From NCBI GenBank assembly GCA_040954595.2, contig CM082583.2, forward strand, positions 7,004,849 to 7,068,848: a stretch of 64,000 nt of DNA. The letters run 5' to 3'. The translations under genes were made by a program, and so were the position numbers. Positions 1 to 13,345 of this stretch are shown one piece after another (within the stretch, counting starts at the first letter, position 1; each line of letters starts with the position of its first letter). The notes below the pieces were generated by a model. The model saw only the letters and a program-made list of their open reading frames with translations. It was not told where the DNA came from and did no database searches. This stretch comes from Balanoglossus misakiensis. Lineage: Eukaryota > Animalia > Hemichordata.

Positions 1-722
1 AGTTTATTTTGCTTTGGCCAAACGTCACCTGAAAAACAATTTACACAGTGTGAAAACAACCGGGTAAAACCTGTCTGACAGAGAGGGCACTACAACTGAA
101 ACATGAAAATTTTGCACCTTTTTTTGTCTGTATATTAGTAGGTGAATGCAAACTAAGTAGATGAGTTTCCTCTCATTGACGAGATCTCGCAAGACTTCGT
201 TAATTACTGTAGCAACAGCTTGCTAGCCAAGTAATGCAAGTCAAAACTAGAATAGGTGCAGAGTGTAACAATAATTATGACTTTTGTGCTGTTTAACATA
301 ATGGGCCACATATTGTTTGTCCTGTGTCAAATGGTATGATTATCAACTAAAAATTATCAACTTTAAACACCCTTTGAGCTCACCTCTTTCCAGCATTCTG
401 GAAATTGACAATCGTAGAAGTTAGATTATCCTTCCATTCTGGGAATTCAGTGGATTGAAATATTGGGCTGGGGTTTTATACACAAACATGAATCCTCAGA
501 GCTTTTTATAAAGGCCAATTGATGAATGAACAGTGCAATGTGTAGCAGTAGCAGGGGCTAATTTGATACTTTGTAATTTTATTCATATTCCGAATCATTT
601 TCAAGTCTTCAAATTCAACTCAAGGTTCCAACCAGAAATTTTCTTGGAAGAGAAGTTGTTTTGCAATGTGTATCAAGGTTTGTTTGACATGGGAAAATGA
701 TATGTTGTGAATTGTATGGTCG

Positions 723-814
723 TAACCCTTCTACCACTATGGTTTGGTCTAATTACATTGTTCTCAATGATAATGCCTGACGTTCTTTCAGGGGAATGGG
801 GGCTGAGGGATTGA
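723..814. mobile_element. ~90-bp non-autonomous TIR mini-element (piggyBac-like ends), degenerate copy
   Basis: Starts taaccc and ends gggattga. Aligns along its length with the reverse complement of 13898-13990 (taaccc..accac..tggtttggtc.aa...ttgtt.tc.at...ggg.a.ggggg...gggtta). Confidence 0.55.
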
Positions 815-1767
815 GTATATTTCTCACTATCAGTTCTACAGTGTGATAATTACTACATGCAAATAAATGCAAAATGATTCAAAAGACATTGGAATTACGG
901 GTCAGAAAGCATTTCTGTAGCCGTAAAGACTGCCATCTATGGTGGATAGTGGGGTTACTTTTGTTTTCACATGAACTTACTAGTATTTTCGTTTAATGGT
1001 AACGATTATTTTCCTGTCTTTGGAGAACAATGCTGCTCGACAGAGGTGCGAGATGCAGCTAAAACTCAACATCAAAAATATATCACCGAATTTTTCTTAA
1101 TGTTTCTTAAAAAATGTTTGTTTATACTTCATGTAAGCAGTGCAGACGAAGAGTCACAGTTGCTGACTTTGGATAAGATCATTTGTAAGAATTTGACCAA
1201 CAGGTGTGACAGTTTTGATAACGAGATATTATTATTATTCATTTGCGCGTAACTGACCTATCAGTGGGCTCAATGGACGTTCGATTGGCAGGATTTGGTA
1301 GTCTCTGCCTGATTGGCCACCTGCAATCATGTGATGCTATGTGTGACCAATCACAATGCCCCTACTGTGTATCATGTGCAAATAAACTCACCATATCACA
1401 ATTTGCACTGACAATAGAAAGTTTCCTTCATTGTAATGTTTGTTTGTAAATAGAAGAATTATCTGTACCGAAAGAGTAGAAAATTCAGTCCACATATAAA
1501 CCATAGTATCTATACCTATCACATGTTAAATTTACAAATTATACAAAGGAATTGTTTTTCCTATATGTGATGTAAATACTAGCATTGTACAAAAGGAAAC
1601 TACTGTCTCAGAGTAGATCTTAAACTGTGAATTTGTAGTTTAACAAGGAGCTGTTCACTCCTGCCATGATAGACAGGAGTCTGGTGTATATTATTTATTT
1701 AAACTGGGAACTTATTAAATTGGTATGTAAATGATATTTCCTCGTGGGTGATAATTTTGTATTCAAC

Positions 1768-1791
1768 AGAGTGAGTGAGTGAGTGAGTGAG
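1768..1791. repeat. (GAGT)n microsatellite
   Basis: gagtgagtgagtgagtgagtgag read directly. Confidence 0.85.
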
Positions 1792-1966
1792 CCAGTGTGT
1801 GTGAATATCTATGTCGGACTGTCAATACTGTCCGACAACTATTTGTTTTGTCCTTGATGGACTGTGGGTCATAGTTCGAAGTTCATAGATGTGACCGCGA
1901 GGGGTGGGCAATGGACTTTCGACGTGTCCAGGTACGCCCGCAGGTCTGGGGCACGAAATGCACAAC

Positions 1967-4412
1967 ATGAAAACTACAATTCCCATTCTGATTGTCGTTT
2001 CTTTGGTGAGAATTCACAGTTTAGACAATGGAGTCGCGTTGACCCCTCCGATGGGCTGGATTGTGTGGGAGAGATTTCGGTGCAACATCGACTGTGTGAG
2101 TGATCCCGATAATTGCATCAGGTAGGGGTCGTACGCTCTACCACAGGCAGTCGAGTTCATCTCAAGCGATAATGGCTTTACCATGGCAGACAAAAACATC
2201 GTCAGTTTGACTGGGTACATGCCATAGTACAGTGTATATGATTGTTTATCCGATATCATTCGAAGGCCCCATTCAAATCTTATACTTTCTTCTTTTTTCT
2301 GTACATTTCTTACCCAACGCGACATGACATTTTCTGTACGAAGTGAGAAGTTATTCCAAGAAACCATCTACCGTATGGCAGCCGACGGTTACAGAGATGC
2401 AGGCTATCAGTACGTGAATCTGGATGATTGTTGGATGTCGAACGAAAGAGACGGGTCCGGGCGGTTGTATGCGAATAAGACCAGGTTCCCCAGTGGAATC
2501 AAATCTTTGGTTCAATATGTAAGCAATAAACAGTGTGTTGGGTAGTAATGAGTTTAATTGGTAACGACACAGTCCCTCTACACACTTGAGGGACTGTGGT
2601 AACGAAAACGGTTCGGGCAGAATATGACCAGTGTGTCGGTACCCGTAGGCCCTATTACACAGCCTCCGTACAGACACCTGTTGCATGTTGTTCACCCTTT
2701 TGTTCGTAGTCTATTGGCTATTCTCACAATTGTCTTGGTACCATGCAGGCTTAATAGTACTTTTGTATTCAGATACGATCAGAACGCAAATGGGATCAAA
2801 CCATAGTTCTACTGTCTGTGATAAAACTGATGCGTATATCGTTGTTTCAAGACAATTGATTATGCTGTCTGCTAATACAGGCCAACTCCAAGGGAATCAA
2901 ACTTGGCATCTACGAAGACGTCGGCGCTCTAACGTGCGCCGGTTACCCGGGGAGCCTGGGCCACATGGAGACGGACGCACAGACGTTTGCTGACTGGGGC
3001 GTCGATTACCTGAAATTCGACGGCTGCTTCTCGTTGCCATGGAGAATGGACCATGATTATCCGGAGATGACGAGGGCGCTGAACAAGACTGGGAGACCCA
3101 TCGTGTTTTCCTGCGAATGGCCGTTTTACCAACATGAAATATTCATTAAGGTTTGCAGGTTTACACTTAGGCCGGGCATTTAGGTTACATGACTTCTGCT
3201 TGGTCGCAATTAGATTATTAACAAGTCATTTTTTTTTTAGATATCGTCGATGGATAATATAAATGAATAAAAAATATTTTAATATTATGCATATGAAGCG
3301 GGTTAGACGCAAGTCTTGATTTCTGTGGTTGATATTTTTGCAAACAGGCAATCTCGAAGTTGAAGAAACTCATTGAAACAGGGGAAAACACATAAACGAC
3401 ATGCACAAACCGTAATAAAAGAACTAACGACATCTGTATGATTGTGGGTTTTTTTTCCAGCCAAATTACCATCTAATTGGTGAACACTGCAATTTATGGC
3501 GCAACTTCGACGACGTTCAAGATTCGTGGGAAAGTGTCCTCAGTATCATAGACTTCTACGGCAAGGAACAAGACATACTCATCGCCGCATCCGGACCGGG
3601 AAGATGGAACGACCCTGATATGGTAACAGAGTTCCCCATATTTCAGTGGTCTAGTCCATGTCTTTCTTGATTTCACATGCACGGCACCTTCGTCAAGAGT
3701 AAACCATATTTGAATATCTTGTCACAACAGCTGCTCATTGGTGATTACAGCCTCAGCTTCGACCAATCAAAAGCTCAGATGGCCATGTGGTCGATATTCG
3801 CAGCCCCGCTAATGATGTCCAACGATCTGCGGTCTATCAGTGAAAAGGCGAGAGAAATTCTTCTGAATAAGGAGGTCATCGCTATTGATCAAGACCCATT
3901 GGGTAAAATGGGAAGACGGGTGATAGAGGTGAGATTTTTAGATAGATTCATCAGCGATATCTTTTTTTTCAATTCAGTCAAGCTATAGGCTTAAGCCACC
4001 TGTACTTTCTCATCATTTTTCTTTTTGGTAATCAGAAAATGCTGTAAACCACTCTTGAGACTGTAACAGATTTTTGCATCTCACTTTCCCACAGAGGGAC
4101 TCCATAGAGGTGTGGACAAGACCCCTCGCGAACTACAGCTATGCCAGCGTGGTGTTCAGTAGACGGACTGACGGCATGCCCTTCAAGTTCACCACAACTT
4201 TGCGGGCGATGGGGTTTAGCGACATGGTCAAGACGTACGCCCTCAGGGACGTGTTTCTGCATAAAGACATGGGGGCCATCTCGTTAGATGCGCGTGTCAG
4301 TTTCGTAGTCAATCCAACGGGCGTGGTGATGGTTCGAGCATCGCCTGTCATGAAAAACCATGATGACCTGAATGAAACTTTGCAAGAACTAGGAGTAAAC
4401 AGTCTAGTTTAA
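1967..4412 (+). CDS. GH27 lysosomal alpha-galactosidase A / alpha-N-acetylgalactosaminidase family protein (~425 aa, 6 coding exons; active-site residues GLA-like)
   Basis: Exons 1967-2121, 2344-2518, 2881-3150, 3461-3622, 3731-3928, 4095-4412; all GT-AG and in frame (alternative in-frame ATG at 1958). Signal peptide, then [44 protein letters not shown] (nucleophile Asp), CNLWRNFDD (acid/base Asp), [29 protein letters not shown]. Confidence 0.95.
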
Positions 4413-6226
4413 TATCTTTGTTTTGTCGCATAGTGTAATACTAGTAATATCGAGACGGGCACTCAAATTGTTTGAGATGTTGAACCTTTCGCGCAAGACA
4501 TATACTTCGAATCAATGAATCGTTAGATTTTTTTTACCAAAGAAGTTATTAATAAATTCTAACAAATTACGTGGAGTCACAATAATTTTGACGTATCGTA
4601 AACAATTGTTCACATTTTGCGGAAACTTTCGACAGCAATATATTTTCTCAATGCGAACAGGTGATTGGAACAGCCCTTTTCACCATAACGTTGCCAGGGC
4701 ATCACAGGTGAGACTTCTGCCGTTTAGTTATGGATCGACACTCCCCCTTCTGGGTTACATATTAACTAGATGACTATTTCTACGGTGTTGACATGTTCGC
4801 GTGTGTCGTCGACACGGCCATATTTATTATCGCTGCGTTATAATCGAAGAAGAAATCTGGTTTAAGCCTGTGAATCCAATTTACACGAGAGCCACTGTGC
4901 TAAGAAGCGATTTTTGAGATCGGTTAATTTTTTTTCGCGAACTTGGTGGATCCCACAGCCACTTGAAACGTCATATAGGAGGAAATCAGAAAGAGAAATG
5001 TCAACATACTACGACCAGACAAAAAGTGAGTATGGATCATAGCTGTTGAAAAAACTATTGTGTCATGTTTAATGAGCGTGTTATAGATTACATTTAAGAA
5101 CTTGTGCATATATTGCTAACAAGCAACATGTTTAACTTTCGGGTGGAGGTGAATGACAGGTTGAAGTCGTCCGTGGAGAAAAAGACCGTTGAATTGAACT
5201 ATATAATTACAATTGAAAGCAAACCGATTACCAGTAAATTATATTTTATTTCACAAGCATTCGACTTCTGGATTCAAGTGTTCGAGAGTAGGCCTCATGG
5301 GTTCCGTCACACATGAACCGATGATATCCGTTTCGGTATTCGCGCCTAACGATATCAAAGCAAGTTCATGCAAATACAATTTTATTGACAAATTTGAAGT
5401 GTTTGAACTGTTTGAAAGACGAATCACCATGTTTAAGTACGAGGACAAAAAGTGGGTCAGAGGCCCATAGTCATGAAATAGAACTACAACAGGTCAAACA
5501 TGCATATAACTATTTAGTGATCGATTTTCATTAAGGGGATCTATAGGAATTGGTTGTTACGTACTGACAAGAAAATGACTGATTTCCGTCAGATATGAGT
5601 GGCCATATAAATTTGATAAATTTTTACGTGTACTCGTCATAGCTATTTCCCTTTTCATTAGATCACATCCTGTAAGTGTTTTGGAAGCTTTCTTCCCGGA
5701 AATGCGATTTTTTTCTGTTCATTATTTTGACTGCACAAAAATGAGAACATTGACGGTCAAGAGCGGGAGTCGAAGTGACCAACTTGTTCATAAGCCTTGG
5801 CCTTGTACAAGGCCGGTTTAGGTTTGTTTTATGATTATGACCGTGGTCAGTTGTCTATCGGAATATACGTAAGATTACAGTGACGCAGCGCCGGTCTGCC
5901 TAAACTGATTTGAAAAGTCTCAACGCCCGATTGAAGGTATATACTGCACACAGGCGAAATGATTTACACCACCACCACCACTTAGCACAACCGCCATTCC
6001 GCCACCGGTCGATAATAATTTTAATAGAGGAACACAGTGCGTGTTTTTCTCACAGTTGTAAGCATATTTTATCAGTATAAAACATTTCAGCGCAATAATT
6101 TCGGTTTTGAAGCTGTTTATTTTCTACGTAACAACTGGAGGGATTTTACAACTCACGGCCATATATAGTGGCACCTACAATGAGACAGTCAATACGACCA
6201 TTACCAGATCCCTGGCTCAGTCGACA

Positions 6227-8366
6227 ATGAAACCGTCACCTGCTCCCGCCTTATGTAAATTTGAATCTGTTGAATGAGGGTACGAATATTTCAGCGTTCC
6301 TTTCTTCGACAAGTGCCATTTGAAATCCAACCTGGTCACCATTTATGGCCCGTGTCACCCCCATAAGAACCCCGTGTCAACAGTCGGATCAAATGATTTC
6401 AGGTGTTTATTACTAGAACACCTCTGTCTTCACAGTCGTTCTTGTGTGTGTTTAGAATATTTCTAGATTTGAGAAGTGTACTATAAAGTCATATCGCATG
6501 ACACTCTGCTTTCAGTAAAGCCCCAAAGTTCGTTTTTTGAAATGAACATTCTCAAAATATCTCACCGCTTTCTGTCCAGGTGAAACTCGATTACAGAGAT
6601 GTTGTGACCGATGGCCCTGGCCGAGTGTGTGTTCCATGTGTCTGTGTTTAGCGGCAGTAGCAACGTTCTGCGCTTTCGCTCACTTGGCATCGGAAGATAT
6701 TATAAAGATATTCTCCGAGACTGCAGCAAGCTACACTGTAGAAAACACGTAAGTTGGTTAATAACACATAGTGATGTTTATATTTTTAAATGCAAAAAAA
6801 GTGAATTTTTGCCATTCATACTTTTGCTAAAAGTTCATCCCATGCTCGTTTATAGCATTGGCTTTGTATAAAGTGCGCGTGCGTCAACTGCAGATCGTGT
6901 TTAGTGTGTATGACGTATTCAAGCACATGATCACACAAGACAAAATCAGTTTGCGTTGTTGTTTTCAACTTTCTTTTGTTGCGTAATCGTGTGATATATT
7001 TCCTTACTTTGACAGACTTTATTGGGCCAAGATTGCATTCTATTGCGTGACGGGCTTGGTAGCACTGTTGGCGCTGATATTTTTGATGATTGGTTGCCTG
7101 TCAACTGGTTCCGTCAGACGTGAATATGTTTGCAGATTTGCGTCAAAGACAAGTGGACTCTGCCAAATTACTACTGTGAGTTTTACCCACATTTATCTTG
7201 CACATACTTGGATTCTTCTGATCATTTTATTATTTAAATACTGACAGCAATCGTTCTCTCAACTATTCATTTATCTTCATTTCAGGTGGCTGTCATCATT
7301 TATTTCCTTTTTCTTTCCTGGATCTGTGTGACTGCCGTGCTTGTTATTCCTAATATTTATTTTTTCAATCTCGAACTAAATCACTGTGGTGATCCGGGTG
7401 GATGTATTGACCTCAGACAATATGGTAAATATTAATATTGACTGATAATTGTATATTACATGAGAAATTGAAACAATGTTTAAAACATGGACAAAACCTC
7501 GGATGGATTTTAATTGAGAGAAGTAGAATTATATAGTTTGTAAAAGTTTTTTTCCTTCATTTTATAATTGGTAATTGAAGATATGTAACCGAATTACCGA
7601 CACGTTTATTGCAGGATTAGTAAATTTTAGCGAACCCAACCAAGATGTGTACCTCTATTGTGACCGTGACGTGTACTGTCAAGAGGTAAAATATGGATCT
7701 TTGTATTCCTTAGTAAATAACACACAAATCTTTATTGAGATGGTAAATCGCTAAAGAGAAACCGAAGTATGCCTCCTATTTTACATTTTCCATTCACCAG
7801 ATTTTGATTTAGGAAAATACAGTTTCGTTCCCAGTTTACGCCGCATTAATGCATCTTTCCTTTTTGTTTTGTATCGCCCAGAATCCGTACATATTCTGCT
7901 TCATAAGTTTGTGTTCGGCAGTGGTCGTACTTATTATGATGGTAAGTCGCTTTCATCTTGAGGATTTTAATTTTTAGTACAAATGAGTATGTCGTTTCCA
8001 TGGCGGAATATAATGGTACATTTCACGAAACGAAAAGTCGCATAAAATGTAAGAATTGTAACGATCGATTGAACAATATTCAAATATATGATTCTTTTCT
8101 TATTTTCGTCAAAGGGACATTTTCTTATGATACTATCGGCCAACTTGTCACATGTTCGGGACAAGTACAAGAAAGACCCTCCCAACAGACTGGTGAGATT
8201 CTCGCACTACAATACGCAGAGTATGGATACGCTCCGTCATAGCCGTGACATGAGCGAATACGGTGGATACGAACTCAGCACCGTTTCAAACAGTTCACTC
8301 GATATCGATGTTTCCCACATTCGCAGGAATCGCAGCACAAGGGATCCTGCCTCTTACTACATGTAA
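6227..8366 (+). CDS. Proteolipid protein / neuronal membrane glycoprotein M6 (PLP/DM20/GPM6) family tetraspan protein (~292 aa, 7 coding exons)
   Basis: Exons 6227-6254 (start exon least certain), 6580-6748, 7016-7175, 7286-7424, 7615-7685, 7882-7941, 8115-8366; GT-AG, 879 nt in frame. Family motifs: RCCDRWPWPSVCSMCLCLAAVATFCAFAHLA (TM1), GCLSTGSVRREY, CIDLRQYG, HFLMILSANL; four hydrophobic segments. Confidence 0.88.
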
Positions 8367-9654
8367 AATTCCACAAACTACAAAAGTTGTGCATACTCAC
8401 ATAAAAACCACGTTTATATTGTGTTGGGTTCAGTGAAGCAGACCGCAGCCGGTAATACTTCCATTCCGGGTCTTGCATATTCATCATGTGACTGACGCCC
8501 CCTAGAGTTGATATATTCTATTATAAAGTGGTTATTGTTTTTATTTGCTTGTTCTCAGTCTGATTAAAATCAGATATAGGGTACGACGGCGTCTTTTACT
8601 TATGCGGTTACGGTATTCTTATGCTGTAAAAGACGTCGCCGTTCCCCACATATGATTTAATCAAATTTGCTTGTTCTAAGATGCACTGTTCACGAAGAGC
8701 TCAAATTCAAAACTAGTTCAGGAAAAATCACAGTACCTGTATTCTTTTGTAAACTAAAATAAAGTACAGACGAAATTTTATACATGCACTATCTGGAGAT
8801 ATTTGCGTCACAGAATACTGCATATATCTGCATGATTTACAGGTGTCTTTATCGACCAAACCAACATGGCAACATATACGTTTAGTTTCCATGGTCACGA
8901 GGGTATGTTGATGCATGTTGGATACACCGCACTAGTATTCGAGGAAGGTGAGTCAGAATGGAATAGCTGAGATTCTCTTCTCGTGCACACCCATATGCCT
9001 GATCTGCTTACTGTCAAAGTTAATTACATGTACCATGTACACGAAAAGGGTATACGTACCCGTAATGTGGGTAAGGTGATATGGAAAATGTTCATGGTTC
9101 ATGCTGACTTCATTTTCGAGAATTTCGACCTCACTGTAACAACAATATGCCAAACAATCTTAAACTAAACAGTTTTAAACAATGATGGATATATTAGTAT
9201 ACTCTTGAATTTGAAGTGGAATATTCCCGATACATGTATACCATTGTAGTAGAATAGAATCGCCCATAAAGAGGAAATGGAATATTCCAAATTACTAACA
9301 AATGTGCACTACTTTATACTAGTATTTTGCCTTGCAATGCGTAAAGCGAATGAGGTGAATATCCCATTTAAAAAAATGGTATCACCCTAGGACTTCTGAT
9401 GGCCAGGACGTGAACTAACGCAAGAACACCCTGACTCCGTTGTACGGTCGGTGACCCTGAACTGCTTTCAGTCTCACAGTCAATGACTGTGCTCTAGTTA
9501 TAGTCCCACGGAATGTCGACTGAACCAGTTTTAGACTCACTTGATTTGCGTGAATGCCAATCAGCATAGAACAGGTCGTGTCCGCCGTGGGTCCGAAACC
9601 GTTTCAGACCCACTGCACTGCAGACGATGTAGGCCTAGATTCCTCAATATAGGC

Positions 9655-9851
9655 CTACCTCGGGCAATTTTCCAGAACGATAAATTTTCACGAACTTCGC
9701 GAGAGCCAGAAAAATGCGAAAATAAATAGTCGCGAAATTTATAGCTGATCCCAATAATGATCGTAGATAGCGATACAGTTAATGAAATAATTTATTAGAG
9801 AACGCGAAATAGTGATGATTTTGCTTTCGCGAACATTTCCCAGTTGATAGT
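9655..9851. mobile_element. Degenerate MITE-like element with repeated (t)cgcgaaa motifs
   Basis: Several cgcgaa/tgcgaaaataaa/ttcgcga motifs in both orientations; ends gggcaattttc ... aacatttccc are loosely inverted. Boundaries approximate. Confidence 0.4.
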
Positions 9852-9852
9852 C

Positions 9853-9932
9853 TAGTCTGGAATCCCGACTGAAATGGAGTCTCTCTCTCTCTAATATAAA
9901 CACACATACACACCGGTCAGGATTCCAGAATA
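9853..9932. mobile_element. 80-bp TIR mini-element (TAGYCTGG...CCAGRMTA family)
   Basis: Left arm tagtctggaatcccgact vs reverse complement of right arm tattctggaatcctgacc. Flanks ttgatagtc / actatagtc look like a decayed 9-bp TSD. Ends resemble the element at 24261-24358. Confidence 0.6.
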
Positions 9933-9998
9933 ACTATAGTCCTATTATATTATTTACATACATACGTACATGTACATATGTACATAAATACGTACAAC

Positions 9999-10024
9999 CA
10001 TAGACCCTAGAGAAAGGTTCTATG
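9999..10024. mobile_element. 26-bp hairpin insertion with CATAG/CTATG ends and 7-bp target-site duplication
   Basis: gtacaac|catagaccctagagaaaggttctatg|gtacaac. Arms catagaccct / aggttctatg are reverse complements with one mismatch; direct repeat gtacaac at 9992-9998 and 10025-10031. Confidence 0.6.
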
Positions 10025-11075
10025 GTACAACCTGCCTACGTACATACATACAGAGTCGCAGTGCTGGTAACAATGTCTTTATTCGCGTCACGGAATACGA
10101 ATAAGGAACTAGAACCTGGAGCTGATTGCCAATTTCTTTTCGATTGAACCAGAAGGATAAATAAATATCTACCAGGTTGAGTTAGTGGTTTCCAGTTTCT
10201 TATTCAGGTTCGCCCAGTTTCATAATTATTCGAACCCCCGTGACCTTAATAAAGAAATGGGGACGTTATGACACAGACTGTGCGGGCGCACTTTTACCGG
10301 CGTGCATTCCAGATATCGATGAATCCGAAGGAAGGTGCTTCGTGAAATGTCTAACGCGAAGGAGTGGCATAAAACCAGTAAGTATCATTCATTGCACATT
10401 TTCTGTGATAGACTGTCGGTAGAGGTCAATGATAACGCATTTGTTAATGCCTGACGTATTTTCTTACCGCCAAATTTCATTCACGAATATGGGTGATGTG
10501 CCTTGAAAGTTGAAGTTGAAGCGAAGGTGCATGTGTGCACATGCGATTGTGTATATCGTGCACTCTTACCCTTGTCATTGTGGTGACATCCAGACTATGC
10601 CCGGATAAATCAATGAGTTAGCTTACACATGCCCTACTTTAGTTTGGACAACTGGCTGTATTAGTAAGTAACACAGCGCCAGCATAGTTCTCCCTCCTCT
10701 GCATAGCAGGAGTCGACTGTAGCTCTAAGGTGTTGCTAATAAGGTATGTATTGCCTGTAAGATGACGTCATACTCAAATTCAGAATTTAACCGTGTACCT
10801 GCTATGAGTATGAATGATCCAGATGTACTAGTATACTATAAATTAATTACACTTACAACATCTTACCCTAACACAAATATTACAATGTACATGCAGTGTG
10901 TTTTCATCATGATACTCTATCATGCAATGCTCTGAGAATAATCCTGTTTGTTTCAGGTCACTTTAATACAACAATTCCCAGAGATCGATTTTGCTGATCT
11001 TCCTATAAGTATAATAAAGTGGAAGTTCATTGAATCATATAGTACAGCATTCTGTGAAAGACAATCTACGTTGCC

Positions 11076-13345
11076 ATGGCGAGTAAACGCATCACCCAGG
11101 AAACGTTTGATGAAGCCGTCAAAGAGAATGTGGAAGAATTCTGCATGGAGCCGGACGAAGCTTTGGCAGACGCCGTCACGCAGTTTGAATCACAGGGCGT
11201 CGACCTCAGCAACATCATCAAGAGTGTCAGGCTTGATGGCGATGGGCAAGAGGAAAAACACGAAATTCTGGTTGCCATGGAGAAGTTGAACGAGCTTCTT
11301 GAAAACGGTGGAGAGGAGTCGGAATTTACTGAGTGTCTGAACAAGTTCCGAGCCGAATGCGATGTTGACTTTTCTCACCGGAGTTTGGCTGCTACCAAGC
11401 AGGCCTATCCGATGCTGTACAAAATGTACATGAAATTCAAAGAGTCTAATGTACTCTTGCAAGTTGTTACTTCCATGGCGGCGTTTTTCAACGGTCAGCC
11501 AGATGTCATTGATCAGAAGGGGATTGAACTGCTGTACTCATCGCTGAAAGACAACGCGGTATCGCCGAAGCTGGCACAAGCCCTGACCAAGACAATACGT
11601 CTGACATGCTACATGCACGAGAACAATCGGCAGGCATACGTCAAAGAAGGCTTGATACCTCTGCTGATTCAGATCTTGCAAACCCAGAAGGACAGTGCTG
11701 GGGTTGTGAAGGAGGCCTGTCAGGGTCTCAGGATACTCACCGTTGATGATGATGTACGTGTCGCATTCGGGAAAGCCCACGAACATGCAAAGATGATTGT
11801 GGAAGAGGGTGCACTGAAGACACTCCTGAACATCATGGTTGGTGAGTTCTCACGTGATGTTTAAGGTGTACGGTCACCGAAAATTTACATGTGCCCATAT
11901 ATGGCTGAAATGGCTAAAAATAGCGTATTTGAGTGTTCTGAAGAACATATGGTGGCGCTCTTTATTTTCACGTGTGCCACCCACTGAAAATGTGTAATTT
12001 GCTAGATCTTCATTTGCCATGTGGTAACTGCAGCAAAATAGTTGACCGTATACCTTGTAAGTTCCAGTAGCAGTGACCATTTCAATGCAAATTGTTCCTT
12101 CTACAAGATAGCCAGTAAAGCTTACTGTGTCAGTACAGTGACTTGGCAGCAATATATACAGGCAATGTGAAAAATAGAGCAAATGATTTCCTTATATTTA
12201 TCACACTCACAGTATAATGGTGTGCATAGAATTGTCATCTTTGCTTTCTGTGTTGCAGATCACACTGGTGATGTGGCCGTGGTGAGTGAGTTGTGTGCCA
12301 CACTGAGTCGACTTGCGGTCAGAAATGAATTCTGTCAGGAGATAGTGGATCTGGGAGGTCTCAAGCTGGTACTTCAGGGCCTTGTAGAGAACATGGAACA
12401 TCAGGTACATAGTCCTGAATTGACGGCAGTTCTGCTTTGAATTTCAGTACAGAGATATGACGTCACAGAAATCCTGAACTGTCTTGTCGTTTTTCTTGTC
12501 TCTACTTTATATTAGGCTATTGTCAAACAAGTCTTTGCTGTGCTGAAGGCCATAGCTGGAAATGACAATGTGAAAGTAGCCATTGTGGAAGCTGGCGGTA
12601 TTCCTGCCATGTTGAATGCGATGAATTTACAACAGTCACAACCCCTGGTAAGTTGCAAAGTACAACAGACTTGACCTGTCCTCTACTTTCTCAACAGAGT
12701 CTATAAAATGAACTTTGCATCTTGCCTTATTTTTATGAAGTCGCTGGTAGAAGTGGAACATATACGTACAGGGGCATATGTCAGATTCTTGCCGTGTTTC
12801 AGGTGTGACTTATATTACTTCCCATGTGTTTTCTTAGGTTTGTGAAAATGGCTGTGCTGCAATGGCGGCCATATCACTGAGGAACCCTGGGAACTGCAAG
12901 GTCATCATGGAATCAGGTGGAGCGGCAATCATCATTCAAGTCATGAAGATCCACACGGATGAAGCCAGACTTCAGGTGATATTGTTAGTCGTACAAAATC
13001 AAAATGTCTGCCTTCGTCTGTTTTATTAAAAAATGAAAAATCAACTAACTACACAGAATGCATACAAACTTGCCTGTATTATATCCACACTTATTTTTTT
13101 TTCTTTCTTTTTGCATTTCGCAACAGAAACAAGCTTGTATGGCGATCAGGAACTTAGTGGTACGTAGCCAAGAATACGTTGAGCCATTCCTGGAGCTTGG
13201 TGCCGAGTCCCTGATCAACACAGCGCGGTCAAAACACCAGAAAGATCTGGACGATGAAGCTAAAGCGGCCCTGAGAGATCTGGGATGCAAAGTGGAACTC
13301 AAAGAATTGTGGAAGGGGGAGAAAACACCTCTGACATTGGCTTAG
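11076..13345 (+). CDS. ARMC6: Armadillo repeat-containing protein 6 (~466 aa, 5 coding exons)
   Basis: Exons 11076-11841, 12259-12404, 12516-12647, 12838-12975, 13127-13345; GT-AG, 1401 nt. N-terminus [39 protein letters not shown], then [48 protein letters not shown], and C-terminal [20 protein letters not shown]. Probable 5' UTR intron ~10744-10956; AATAAA near 13708. Confidence 0.95.

Noticed and set aside
9812-9872. C/D-box snoRNA (GTGATGA ... CTGA)
   Set aside because: The two boxes fall in two different adjacent mini-elements, with no terminal stem and no clear host intron.
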